A stretch of 64,000 nt of DNA. Origin: Ramazzottius varieornatus. Lineage: Eukaryota; Animalia; Tardigrada. The stretch covers positions 2,291,826 through 2,355,825 of the forward strand of contig BDGG01000002.1 of the NCBI GenBank assembly GCA_001949185.1, read 5' to 3'. A program made the translations under genes and the position numbers. Positions 36,547 through 49,600 of the stretch are shown in pieces. Each line of letters starts with the position of its first letter. Within the stretch, counting starts at the first letter, position 1. Below the pieces are notes generated by a model. That model did no database searches. It saw only the letters and a list, made by a program, of their open reading frames with translations, and was not told where the DNA came from.

Positions 36547-37887
36547 ATGACTGTGATAGACGAGAAGACCACCGATGGTTTGGCCATTGGAGGGAACTCC
36601 AAGCCACCTCCAAAAGGCAAGATGGAATCTTTCATGGAGTTTATGTACGACAGCAAACAGGGAACCGTGATGGGGCGTACAGGCATCAGCTGGCTGCAGA
36701 TCATTGCATTCTACATATTTTTCTATTGTTTCTTGGCTGGATTCTTCTCCTCTGTCATGGTACTATTTCTCCAAACGCTAGATGTCCACTATCCCGCCAG
36801 ACAACTTAAACACTCCAAACTCGGTGTGCACCCAGGTACAAATAACGATTGAGACAATTGGGATGTAGGCAAGTGAACTGAGCCAGGTCTTTTCCCCAGG
36901 TGGCGCACACTTTCGGTCAACAACAATGAAAACCTGCGCCACTTTGGATGACGATCTGGTTCGATTCAGTTGTCAACATCCCAATTGGACTGTAATTGTG
37001 TTTCTTTAAAATTGAGTTTGTCTTCCTCAGGAATGGGTTTCCGGCCCCACCCTACGGACTTCGAAAGTTCGCTGATATGGATAAAAACTGGAGACAGAGA
37101 CGACCAAACAAAGGCACGAATAGAGTACACCAAAGGCTTGAACGATTACTTTGAAGGTTGGTCGAAGTTTGTTCAGTGTTGAAAGGCATCAAAGGGGGCG
37201 GCTTTGATCTTGCTCGGTTTCAGGGTACAACAAAAACTACGAAACGGCGAGTAATATGACTTTGGAGGCAGGTCAGAGACCTGTTTACGTGGACTGCAGT
37301 TTGGAGAATCCAAACAAACCAGACCACACTTTGTGCAAAGTCGATCTGAACGCGTTCGGAAGTTGTGGTAACAATACTGGATACGGGTACAATATTGGCC
37401 AACCTTGCGTCCTTCTGAAGTTGAACAGGGTGGGTTTTTGTTCTGTGACACTGACGTGTTGTGTGAGACCGTGAACTGAGGGGAAGTGTTGACTTGTGTT
37501 TTGCAGATCGTCAACTGGCTTCCGGAGTCTTTCGATCTGAACGACCCGAATACTCCAAAGGAGCTGAAGGACTGGGTGGCAGCACACCTTTCGAACACCA
37601 CGATGCCCACGAAGAACCAAGTGTACGTGACTTGTGACGGTGAGGATCTGGTGGACCAGGAAAAGATGGGTCAGGTCTCACTGCATCCACCGTCTATTTC
37701 GGCTAGTTTCTTCCCTTACACCAACCAGCCGTTTTACCTGTCGCCCGTCGTGATGATCCAGTTCCACAACCCCGAACGAGGTGTCATGATCGACGTAGTG
37801 TGCAAAGCATGGGCCAAGAGGATTGAACGAAATGTTAATCAGCAACTTGGCGCTGTCCGTTTTAGCATTTTAGTGGATAGACCGTAA
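36547..37887 (+). CDS. Na+/K+-ATPase beta subunit (nervana-like), 4 exons
   Basis: MGRTGISWLQIIAFYIFFYCFLAGFF TM, PGMGFRP, GYNIGQPCVLLKLNRIVNWLP, FFPYTNQPFYLSPVV, CKAWAKRI. Confidence 0.95.
36883..36960. repeat. Palindromic element copy in Na/K-ATPase beta intron 1
   Basis: GTGGCGCA 36900-36907 and TGCGCCAC 36935-36942; spacer 27 bp. Confidence 0.85.
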
Positions 37888-38055
37888 GGGTATACGTTAT
37901 GAGGTTTCCAAATCGGAAATGTCATTCCCACATTCAGAAAGCTCTGTTCACCAGTCTTATTTTTTTCTTGGCATGGAAACTGGGTAACACAATAAACTTG
38001 TAGCCACTACATCGGGCATAAAATGACGGAAGACGGTTCACGAATCTTTTCAGTT

Positions 38056-39232
38056 TTATTCGATTTTGAAGGTTTCCGAAAATCTTTCAGCCAGCCCGGC
38101 CAGTTCCGGCCTCTGCATGTTCTTCTCCATCCACGCGTTGATCCTGCTGTTTTGATCATGGGACAGGTGCTTTTTCCATCCACCGACTTTACCTGATACG
38201 GAAGTATCAATACCGATGTGAGAGAAAGCTTCGCACTATCTTTACTACGTCAGATCCCGTGGAAAACTTGCGAAAAACCTTACCCGAACGCATGAATTTG
38301 GCAGCCTCAAAATCAAACTCTCCCACCGAATTGTTGGACTCGTGGTTAGCCAGAGAGTTGATCCTCATCTGATCGAAATGAGTATGGTAGGCCACTGTTT
38401 CCACCTGTTGTTCAGTCAGGGGCTTGTTCAAAAACGTTGCAAGGTCCTTGATGGCTTTCTTGGGGTCCTGCAAGGCAGACTGGTCAAAAGACATCGGAGG
38501 GGTAATCGAAGTTGTCTAGCTTACTCGAGAGACATCTTCGTATGAGCAAATGAAAACGTTAGGGTCGTTCCGATGGTTCCAGTACGAAAGTATGTGGTCG
38601 AACCATGGTCCGCAGTAAATGTTATCGCTGACCAACCATTGTATCATTTCCTCGAGCTCTCCGGAAAAACTCATGCGTTCTTTTCTGGCCAGGTAATGAT
38701 GGTAGAGAGTGATGAGAGTGTCTTTGGGGTGTCTTAAGTGGTAGACTATCTGCAACAACATGCAGGTATAGGTATTGCGCGAAAATAATCTGAATACACC
38801 CTGGCTTACCTTCGCGCCGGACTGGTGTATGGAAGAAGGAAGTCCATCAAAGGCATAGCGAGTCCAGTAGGCGCGAGGAGGAGCGATAAGGGAGATTTGT
38901 TCAATGCCCCGTGGGCCTTCGGCATTTACCGCTGTGCAGAAGTCGAGCCACGGAACCTTCTCCTGTAAATCTGGCTCTCGGTAGAGGTAGTCCGGATCGG
39001 CGTCTTGCATTATCATGCCGATCAGCGCACAAAAGCGCGAAGCACCTAAGGCACCACCCAGGCAATCCATCGTTGTGGAAACAAGCTCCAGAGAGAAAAT
39101 CTTACCGGACTTCGCAATACCGCAGATGACGAGATCGTCGGGATGGGCCTGGAACTTCTCAAAATCAGGTACCGCCAGCGACATTGGGTAGATCGTAAAG
39201 CAACTTCCGTGACGTGATCTATAGTACATCAT
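38056..39232 (-). CDS. Cytosolic sulfotransferase-like protein with degenerate catalytic motifs, multi-exon
   Basis: PDDLVICGIAKSG, RHPKDTLITLYHH, GPWFDHILSYW, SYED, LATFL, FDQMR, KFMRSGKVGGWK. Confidence 0.88.
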
Positions 39233-39989
39233 TGAGCAGACAAGTTGAGTGTAGTGACAACAAAATCACCCAGTCGAATAACAAAATAGCTTCGATCACC
39301 ACGTACAAAAAGCCATCCTTCCCGACTGATCGCTTGTTTGTTTTGGCGTGCTGAAAGTCGAACAAAAAACATCGGTCCAGTTCGCAAGTTATTACGTGAA
39401 ACAGATTAGTCTATCACTTACGGTTGACTAACCTCTACAAGTCCTGCAAGCTGGTTCTTGATATTGTACTTTCGATCGCTGGGAAGGTTGTCCAGGGCAG
39501 CCATGGCTGAAGCAGGGAACAACTGTCCAGATTAGTGAAGTCTTTTTGGTCACAGCTGTATCCGCTCAGACTCTATATTCGTTGGGCAGGCAACGCTGAC
39601 AACCGTACAGATAACTGTCTTTTTCATTCAAAAAATAGCCTCAAGCATTGCTTACAATGGTGCGTTCATATCAGGGCAAAGTATTGCTTGATGTCGTGCT
39701 ATCATGCTATCATAACTTTTATTGTACAGCCGGAAGTAGAACGAAGGTGTAGCAAATGGGTATCTGAAGGTAAATAATGTGTCGCGTAAGTACCCACTCA
39801 GGTTCCGCGCACGGACACAGCAGAGCTTCTGAACTCTTGAACTCCGCGGAACCTTGACAAGTATCTCGGTCTCCGAAAACACACATTTCTCTGCGCAAAA
39901 AGCTTTAGGCCGCGTTCAAAACGGTATTCTCTCTTTTCGATCCGTCATGTGATGGTTGCTTATACCAGCATCGTCTTTGAGCACACGCA

Positions 39990-40900
39990 GAAACGATTTC
40001 AGCTCCAAATGTCCTGTTACGTCTCCGCTAGTGATTAAGTCGGGGATGAATGGTCACTGGGGTTGCAATGTCCTCAACGCGACCACTTGCGTAGGGATCA
40101 TACGGCATGCACAAGCGTGCACGACGAACTGGCGCTCCTTGTTGTTCACTTCAGTAGCCCGACAGGAATGCGCCCAGTTGGCCTGTTGTCTGTGGATCCT
40201 ACAAGTGCTACAAGTAAACAGGTTTTCCAAAGTCGAACGGCCTTCGCACAGTCAACAAGGACCTCGATGACGTACATGGCACGACGGACTCAATTTGAGC
40301 ATACGGCAACAACAGACCTCAGACGGGCGAGTCCTTTGTGTTCTTCACGTAGCCGTCCGGCCGGCTACGTGAAGAACATATGCTGCACTGGAAACACAAA
40401 AAAAACTGATGCAAGACCTAGCTCACTATGACGGTGAGACATCAGCCAAGCACTGTCAAACTGAGTATACAAGCCAATCAGCAGGGCGTGCCGGGTCTCT
40501 GTGTGTTATTTAGACCGAGAATCTTTAATCAGAACGGGACAAATCAGAACGGGACAAATCAGAACGGAACAAATTACGTCATTTTTACATCAGCTCTCAG
40601 TTGACGAAACCGGTACCCAACTGGTTCGCTGCCCCACCTGCCGAAAATGCGAAAAGGCGGAAACGTGGAAGACATGGACCACAGTGCCGCTGCACGGCGC
40701 ATCTCAGTAATTTATCGCCACCGGGCACTCTTTGCAAAATCATTATCTCCGAACTCCGTCACATTGAAAGAATGTGTGCGCGCTTCAGAAGTGCGACGTG
40801 CCTTACAACAGCAAAGAGCAATTTCACGGGCTTGCCGGTGCTTATTGTTTGCTACTAATCGGTCGCCACATCAGCCATACGGACGACAAGGTGCGATGCA
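39990..40900 (+). mobile_element. Possible highly decayed CACTA/EnSpm-like transposase relic
   Basis: Scattered fragments in different frames (GMNGHWGCN; KAETWKTW; SLSPNSVTLKEC) resemble CMC-superfamily transposase motifs; no intact ORF or TIR recognised. Confidence 0.3.
40527..40574. repeat. 15-bp tandem repeat (AATCAGAACGGGACA) x3
   Basis: Directly visible. Confidence 0.9.
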
Positions 40901-43379
40901 CACCCGGAAGCGCGGCAGTTAGTTACATGTTTTGAAAACATGGATCTTCATGCTCTTTCAGTCGTCCATATCCTTCAAATATTTACTTACTTTTGCATTT
41001 ATATGATAAATCTCTCTTCGGTCCGTTCAACAAATCGTTATTATGGACTTATCTGTCATACGGATCGGGTGATACCATTGTTCAGACCCTCTACGCAAAC
41101 AGCGGCCCCGCTGGAGCTGGCAGGTACCGACCAGTATCTTGCCCTGCCGCTACGCTTCATCTACTCATCCCTTATGCTCTTCCAATTGCAGAAAATGGCA
41201 CGTGGAGTGCTTAGACGGAGAAGCAGCTATTCGAGTGCAGTAAGTACCAGAAACCAGGAAATTACTTCCGGTCCACAATTTGACAGCTGGGCAAACAAAA
41301 CCTGCGAGATCGTTATTTTAAATGGTGCACGTTTTCATTGTTGTTGGCTGGAAGTTTGCGCAACCGAAGACTACGCTCCAGTGCGCCTGGTTGTTCCGGC
41401 TCTCACTGGGTCAGAGCGACGATCTAAGCTGTGTTTGATTTAGGGACTGGGTCAATGACTATCAGAAGATTGAAGTACTGTGGTGCAAATTTATGTAAGC
41501 TAGGCCGCAAACTGGAACCCATCTTGATCTACAGGTTTCCTTACAAGCCTCCAACCAACGGATTGTATCCATTCTATCCGAAGTAAGGCCCGGAATTTCA
41601 TAACATACTCAGCCGTTTATGAACCTACTGCACTGAAAATTTATTGTCATCACTGTGTCTGCTCGACCATTGTCTTCGAATAACCGCTTAAACTTAATAA
41701 TGCTCAGCTATCTCCTTTCGCCCTGAATTATCATATTAGGGGGAACGAACACGGAAACGGCTGGTGATATGGAAGCTTGCATATCGCAAGACTTTCAGGG
41801 AAGAAAGTTGATTGAAAACGAAGAACCACAGAAAATCAAGGGAGGGTGAGCTGACAAAACGCAAGGAGCTCGCAGGTTGAAGAGTGCATGTGAGAAGATA
41901 CATTACCGTCCGATGGTCATGGTCAAACATGGCCAGCTCGTACGTTCACATCGAGTGCGTACAAGTGGAAACATGAGAACAAACCCAAGGAGGAAGCATG
42001 AAGTCGCCTCACAGTTAATCGCGAATAATCGCTTATTTTCCATTGTTGTATAGCTGTCACATTCGCAAACTACACACAACAGTTCTTCTGTTTCTCCCCT
42101 GCCAACATACTGGTGACCATCAATACCTCCATAACAGGTACAAATTTTGACGGATGTGTTTACCCGAGTACACTGACATATTGGACCTGTTTCACGAGTC
42201 ATCGTCTTCAGACACTTGAAGTCAGCAGAATGCTGGCTGTAATACCTCTTAAGCTATCTACTCCAGCAACATCTTTCAGGCTTGTGGGACAACGATCTGC
42301 AGTTCTTCGTAAGTCGCAGAGGACTGGACGACACCAACATCTACAAATGCTGCAAGAGCCCCGACAGGATATTACATTGACTACACCAGTTGTTACTACA
42401 TGTCGACTCACGACCAGTACTGGGAGTATTATGTAATTCAAAAACTATAAAGTGATTCATCCTAATCAGAGAATAAATTAACAAAGCCCGTTAGCATCTT
42501 TGTTTGCTCTGAAGGATTCCGTACAGCACATCATCACGTACTGTGCCAGCGGCTACGTCATGGCTGGTATAGCAAAGAAGATCGATCCGTACGATCTCGA
42601 AGTAGGTTCACGTATCACGAGCTATCGATATTGGTGAACTCTGATTGGTGATTTTTTTACACCGATTTTTCCTCATGTTTGCAGTGGCACGTGGAATGGA
42701 TACAATGCTGCCGAGTAGGGTTCGCTAGAGGATCTCTGTTCGCTCCGCCGTCTATGGCTCCCAGAGATCCACTGAGGACCGTTCGCTCGGACAACAGCAC
42801 CTTCTTTCTCACTGGCATCCTCTCACCGACAGAGAGCACAAGGCAGAAAACCGTCTAGCAGAGCACGAGTAACCTGTCTGACAGTATTTTGTTCCTAAGG
42901 AGATTTTTGTTAAGCTACCCGCACGCTGAGTCAGATAGTTCTGTTGAGAACAGTTCTAAAAAACTATCAGGAATTTTGGATTCGTATCACTTGGGAAGAC
43001 GGTTGAGTTGTGACCTTTGATGGCGCCATCATCGGAGTTTGGTTCAGTTTTTCGTCAATGCTTCAGCGGTGGAAACAACAGTAGAAGACGGACACATTGC
43101 AAAGGTGGCGTTCTAGAACTGTCTCTTGTAGTAAGTTACGTGCTGCTCGGACTTTGGTACACTGTCGAAGAGTGATGAATTTCATAGATCTTTATCTATT
43201 CGATAAGAATATCTGGAACAAATCTGTTCCATTTGTAGCCCTAGTGAATTTTGGAACCGACAGTCATAAATTCTAATGTCGCCCGACACAAGGTTTAGAA
43301 GGTAGTGAAAAGCAGAAGCTTTATTATGGTATCTATAGTACAGCAATCCTGGGTTTATTAACGTGGAAGAATTGTGAAC

Positions 43380-44660
43380 ATGTGTGAGGAGAGGTCGGCT
43401 TTGTACTTCCTGGTTGGGGCTTCAGCTTTTCTAGATTTGTTGTTTGTAGCAACTGTTCCGGAAGCATATGAATCTAAAACTGCCGAGCAAAAGCTTGATG
43501 TTCTATGGACCCATATCACCAACAAAAAGCATGTATGGAACAACCTCCCAACGGCTACTTATGCCGTGCAGGAGTTTCTCGATGGGCTTGGAGACACAAC
43601 CAACAATATCGTTCCCTTGTTCACTCGCCAATCGGACGACATGGTGTCCGCAAGAAAGAAATTTGTTTCCACGTATAGAGTAATCTGTTAAGTCCGCATG
43701 CAAATCTTGCCCAATTCTACCTACACCGGCCTCTTCCAACCAGGTATAAGAAAGCACGTGGTACAATATGGCAGGTTGGCGTATGATCTCACCTACAAGA
43801 AACGCACATTCGTGATGATGCTGGCTGCCAACATGCGCCACTTCAAATACGATCTTGTCGGGTTTGATTGTTTCCAAGTGGCGCAGGTTTCCGTTGTCGT
43901 TAGCCGAGATCGTGCGCCATAGGGAAGCGATCTGGGTGAATCCGTCACACATATATCCACACACAGCATTTATCCCTTTTCATTGATTTTTTCAGGCGAT
44001 GTAACCGTCTTGCTACGACTGACTCTCGCAGCTTACAACCCACCATCGCACCAGCGATATTCGCCGTCTTTGGCTTTCAAGTTCCTCATCGATGGTCATC
44101 CTTCCGAAAACATCTTCGCGCTGCACACCGTCGATGGGCACACCACAGCCGACCGTAACTGGTTCCTCCACGAGATGAGCAACATCCTCCCTGCTAGTCC
44201 GCCAGCCGTGTATCCGAAGAATATCAATGCCGCGAATTTTCAAATGGCGCTAAATGAGCTGCCGGCAGAGGGCGCTGAGAAGCTGGAAGGCACCAACAAC
44301 TTGGCGGTCTACGAGCCGGCTTCCATTACGGTTCGTGGAGAGAAGGTGGAGAAAGTGGTCGCGCCTTATTCCATCACATTGTGGCCCAATCATCAATTCA
44401 ACACCGATGAAAATAGTACGTGGGACTTCCGACTGGAACTAAAAGATATTCCAGCAGGATCGATGCTGTATACCATCACGGCCCAGCCGACCAAAGGCTC
44501 GACTGATACCGAGGTTATCGGAGAGATTCATACGGCCTCGGCAATGGTGTCCTTCACGTATGCGGACGAGTTGCTGATGTTCCGCCATCCCATACGCCGA
44601 TGGAAACCCACCGCAACTCCAATACAGAAGGAAGTCACGACGCCGATCGACCGCCAATGA
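43380..44660 (+). pseudogene. Secreted heme-catalase-like fold protein with an in-frame TAA at 43689-43691; intron 43744..43995
   Basis: SDDM..RKKF, YTGLF, LLRLT, PSLAFKFLIDGHPSENI, NWF...SN match the uncharacterised catalase-like family. The frame continues through the stop (VIC*VRMQILPNSTYTGLFQPG|DVTVLLRL). Confidence 0.65.
43797..43934. repeat. Two tandem units of the palindromic element in the catalase-like intron
   Basis: TGCGCCA at 43834 and 43913 (79-bp period); GTGGCGCA 43878-43885 lies 27 bp from TGCGCCAT. Confidence 0.8.
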
Positions 44661-46388
44661 TTTCTACGATTTGGAAAGAACCATTGTACCAATTGTGACA
44701 AGCAAAAACAGAATGGATTCGAGAAACTATCAAAATCGTTTCGACCAGCTTTGATGAGCCATAAGTCAGCAGGCCTTTTTCTAACCAAAATTGTTTCAGT
44801 TGGACAACACGTGTCTAGTTATATCCTTTTCTTGACCTTGCAGCCAGAGAGCCTCGGGGCTGTGCTAGCTTCGTTTCTGTGTGACAACGCCACACGAAAA
44901 AAACACTGATTCATCCTCGCGAGCGACTCTGAGTTTCGATGAGCATACTTTTTCGGGTTGGGAGATATCGATAACGATAAATGGCGGAAACTGATCAAAC
45001 GTTAGCGTGGTTAGCGTGGACTACGCATTATTATGAATATCAAGAGGTAGACTGATAAAACAATGACAGCTGGCTAAGGAGGCGCGGAATATGCATGTTC
45101 AGCACAGGAGAAGAGCTAGCTTGGTTGGTCTTTCCACAGTGTCCGTTTCCGTCGGTTGTGTATATTGTGTGTTTTATCCATATGCAGTTGGGGCAGTTGC
45201 CAGCACTCGAAAGGCCACTTGATGTTGGCAGACGACTGTTGTTGTGCCTTCAAGGGCTCTATCATTGCCTATACTTCATCGATTAAATTAATTTATAGTG
45301 ATTACATTACATGTAATATTGTGCAAACACGGCGATTATCGCGCATCCATCAGCATCATATCGCCAGTTCCATATGGCTGATCTTTCAGAATAAACTACA
45401 CTTTCCCCTTCGCCTTCTTGCCTCCAAACTTCTGCGTATCCGGCAAAAGCGGTGCATTCTAATCAGGTACGCGGTAAACTCGTCGACGTCAACAATTCAA
45501 AAGTTTCTGGCTGTATTAGAACGAATCGATCGGCAACCGAGAACTAGATGTAAAGAGTTCGAAAAGAGACCGAAGATCCAAACTCTGATATATACTTTGT
45601 AAAATTGGACTTGAATCCGGGAACTGCTCTCGTATCATTCAAGAAAAACGTTTGCGCAAAAACCTCTCATGCAGTTCTTCGTTGAAAACATCGCAAGAGG
45701 GCAACCGTTCCGTTTTTTTGGAGCGGACAGTCTTCGGGCTGTATTAAAAGTGTTTGCCGGTATCCTCTAGCCTTACATCTGAGAGGGACATTGCGACTGC
45801 GTGAGAAGTGTGAAAAGCTGTAACAGCTGGTACATGCCCGACAAGGGGGAAGGGGTATAGCCGTTTTTTACAATATATTGTTTATTGCGTAAAACAGCTG
45901 AAACTGACAATTTACGACGGCTAGTTCTGCGATTGGCGCCCGGGGACCCACGCATCGCATTTGTCGTCACGGCTGAATGTATTTGTCGTTTAAATATAGA
46001 CAGTCGTGCACTTGTCAGCTGGGGCTCATCACCCATTATGTTAAATCCACAAATGCCTTGAAATGCACATATTGATTGACCAGCCACCGTATGCTATCCA
46101 AGTCAAATCAGATCTGTGTCCTATGGCCGTAAAGTCAATCCATCTTGGCCAAACTAGTTCAGCAGCCGCACAATATAGCCTTCCATCCAACTCAACTCGG
46201 CTACGGTCGCTTCCATTTTACAGATATCGTCCAATGTTTGATCAAGCTAAGCAACCGGCGTATAGTACGGCAGTAGCTTCAAGTCTCAAGTACACTTTCT
46301 TTCCTTCCACGCAGGTCCATCCTCCTTGCGTTGTTCTCCAACCACAACCACACAGCAGCCCATGCATGCATCTGTACCAATATTTCCT

Positions 46389-46514
46389 CACTTGATGCTA
46401 CCATCCAACCATCCTTGAGTCTCAACTACTGGCTGTACTGTAGCCATATTCTCCCAAGAGCATGAAATGTCTTGAAAACTGGCTTCAGCTGCATGGTTGA
46501 CACTTAATCAAGTG
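46389..46514. promoter_or_regulatory. Cluster of NK2-class binding sites (TYAAGTG) just upstream of the NK4 start codon
   Basis: CACTTGA at 46389; adjacent inverted pair CACTTAA-TCAAGTG at 46501-46514. Function untested. Confidence 0.35.
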
Positions 46515-46619
46515 GAGGACACATTCTCTCCAAGCACCATCTCTTTATTACTGTCTACTTACTCATCTTCATCTGCTCCAAGCGCTTCAAGTTCTTTCCT
46601 ATAGCTCCATCGACTCCCA

Positions 46620-49600
46620 ATGCCGGCCTTGATGATGGACTATTCCGATTACTTAAGCACTTGCAACAATGGCTCATCTAATCTTAATCCCAATGGCTTC
46701 TCGGTGAAGAACCTTCTCCATACCGGCCAAGACATGCCATCCGCCGCGGCTTATCAGTATTCCTATGCGGCAGCCGCTGCCGCTGTCCAAGCAGCCGTCG
46801 ACCCTTACAATAACCCACAAGATGCTTACAACTATTCCAACTATAACTATTCGACCTCTCCTTATGCGTCGCATGGAATGTCGGTTCCACAAAACTCTAA
46901 CTTCAACTCGTTGTATAACAGCGCTTACCTGAGTTCGCGCAACTCTAGCGGGGTCAGTGGTTCCGGTTCTTCGTCCGTAGCGCATCTTCCCCTGACGTCA
47001 CCGCATGTCCAGCAACTGTACGACCTGAAGCCTCCCACCACCACAGCCCTCAATGCCGAAGCACTTATCAACGAATTAACCAGTCAAAGTGGGAATGATA
47101 AGCGTAAGTATGACTTTAATCTCTTGACATTCCCAAGTGCGCGCCTATAACTGTAAAAGGTTCTGTAAAGGCTCTAAACAGCTCCTTTTCACCGAGATAC
47201 GTAGGAGTACCCATACAACAAAATCTATCTCACTTACCGATAATCACTTGATAACGAGCTGTTACTGTACTTCGCCAGGATATTTATAACCCTGTTTCGT
47301 TATAGTTTGACAGTCGCTCTACCTTCAAACTATTCGCTAGTAACATGATTAGTTAGTCGCTGCAGAGCTCGGCGTATCCGTATCGGTTGGTGATCCATCA
47401 GTAATTTGTTCTTCCTGTTGAGTTTAGGAAAATTGAGCTTAGAAAAACAACATCGAGTGTTTTTATATTATTGCTTTACTACTATCGCGGAGTAATACTG
47501 TATTTTGTCTTCCATTGTGCTTGTGATAGAGGAATACTGACTAGATGATTCAGGTCAGTAAGAATACGATGGTGTAAGGTTGGAATGCCACGCTCCAGTT
47601 GTAAAAGGTTCCGGCAAGTGGAAAGAGAAGTGGCCTTTTCAGATTTTCCATTTCAATTTCCGCCTTTGTAGGCCAACTGTCTCAAAAGTTGCCCGACGAA
47701 TAACCCGAATCCTGCCAGTTTTTTCCTATTCTGACATATATTTTGACAGTTTCAGCTATAGGTTACAGACTCGGTTGTTTTACAGATTGTCGGAGTTGGA
47801 GTTTAGAACATAGCGTGAGACATTTGTCGGGTAAATTGAGAAGGCCCGGTCCCACTTGTATTTTGCCATTAGTAATATGGATCATATTTGTGGAGAGGAA
47901 TTAGCAGATCCGCCGCGCGTGGCTCCGACCACAGTATATTCGCGGTATAATTATAGGAAAGAGTAGCCGCGGACGCTACACTTGACATCAGTCCTTGTGC
48001 GTCCTCCGGTACGGCACAGTAGTCATCTCTACCATGCAGCTACTGTATAGTGATATGGCTCACCGAGAAGAGATAGTCAAGAGCCGCGCCACTTTAACCT
48101 CCTTTTTGTCTTTCGGAACAAAACCGCACTCCGAATGCCGACATTCAATATGCCTTAAGCTCCCCTACTTTGCAGCCATACCGCAACGACCCTCACTACA
48201 TGAAAAAGAACACAACTTGAGGAATACAAAAAACTCAATGAGCGGAAATGTAACCTCTTGACAATTAGCAACAGTCTGAAGAGAACAGTCTTGTGTCTTT
48301 TTCAAGTAGCCTTGCGCGTGCCATTGTTGACTGTGGTTTCGCTAGACAGGAGATAGGAACAGAGATCCATTCACGTGTGTGATCAAAATTAGAAGAAAAC
48401 GATTTTTAGCTACCCACAACTTTTACAAAGGAAGATGTCACATTCGACCTTTACCTATTTGTCCACTGACAGTGACACTTCGTTGATCGAACGAACGAGA
48501 GAACCTGTTGGACAAAGTCAGCGTCTTTAGACAGCTGCATGTTACCGATTACACACGGTGAACCACGCTGGCATTTCTCTAATTGATTACCGTTTTGTTT
48601 TGGTAAAGATCAACGTCATCGTCTGAAGGGTAGGACAGAAATTAGGCATGTTGATTTTTCAGCTTGTGGCCAGTGATTGAAGGTAGCAGCAGCCAGGGAG
48701 ATGGAGGAGAAGTGGTGCAAGGTGTTTGTCGCCATGACTTAGAATTGACAAAGATGAATGTTGTCTTAATGGGCGAGATTATGATCTTATTGTGGTGTAC
48801 CTTCGTTTGAAGATATTCAGTTTCGAACGAAAAGTTTTACGGGCATTTCCAATCTGGCACACGCCAGTCTTTAACGGGCGAATGACGACCGGCCGATGCG
48901 CAGGTTGACTTTTCCTCTCACTATTGGCCGTGCTGTGTGTCTTGTACGGGACCGGGCTGAACGGGCTTAATGGACGATGTGTTTGCCTTTGTAAAAGCCA
49001 GTTTGTAGAACTTGAACTAAATTATCCGAGATTATTGAGACTTTGAATCTAACGGCGACGACGAGTTTCCAAAGCATGAAAATTCCTAATGCGATTATCT
49101 GTTTTATGCCGGCATTAAACAGGCTCTAGCCGGATGTGGCCGGGCTTTTAGAACGCCATGCTAAGGCGTAGTACTGCACTGTAACGAATACAAGCAGTGC
49201 GCCAATCAATATTCTCACAATGTCTTTATACGTATTTTAAAGATGGGAGGGGGGCATACAAGTACTTTTTGCAAAAAGCTGAAGATATCGGGAACAAGAG
49301 CTGCGATGCGGTAGTTATCATAAAATTTATTTTTCTCTGCCTTAACAGCCCGGTGCAGTGATCTAGTACAGTGGTCGTCACATTATTTTACCGACAACCA
49401 ACGACAACCAATTGTCTCGTGATCACCGCAAGGAATGAATTTTTTAACACTGTAGTACCCCTGCGAGCTTCTTGTACTGCCGTTTCTCTACAATTTCGTC
49501 AAACTGGATCTTCCTCTACTCCGCCGTGACCATCCACGCTTTCAAGTCCAGGCCGTTAACCGGTCGTAGTTTTTGTTCGTTGCGCAAAGCCCGAAAGTAC

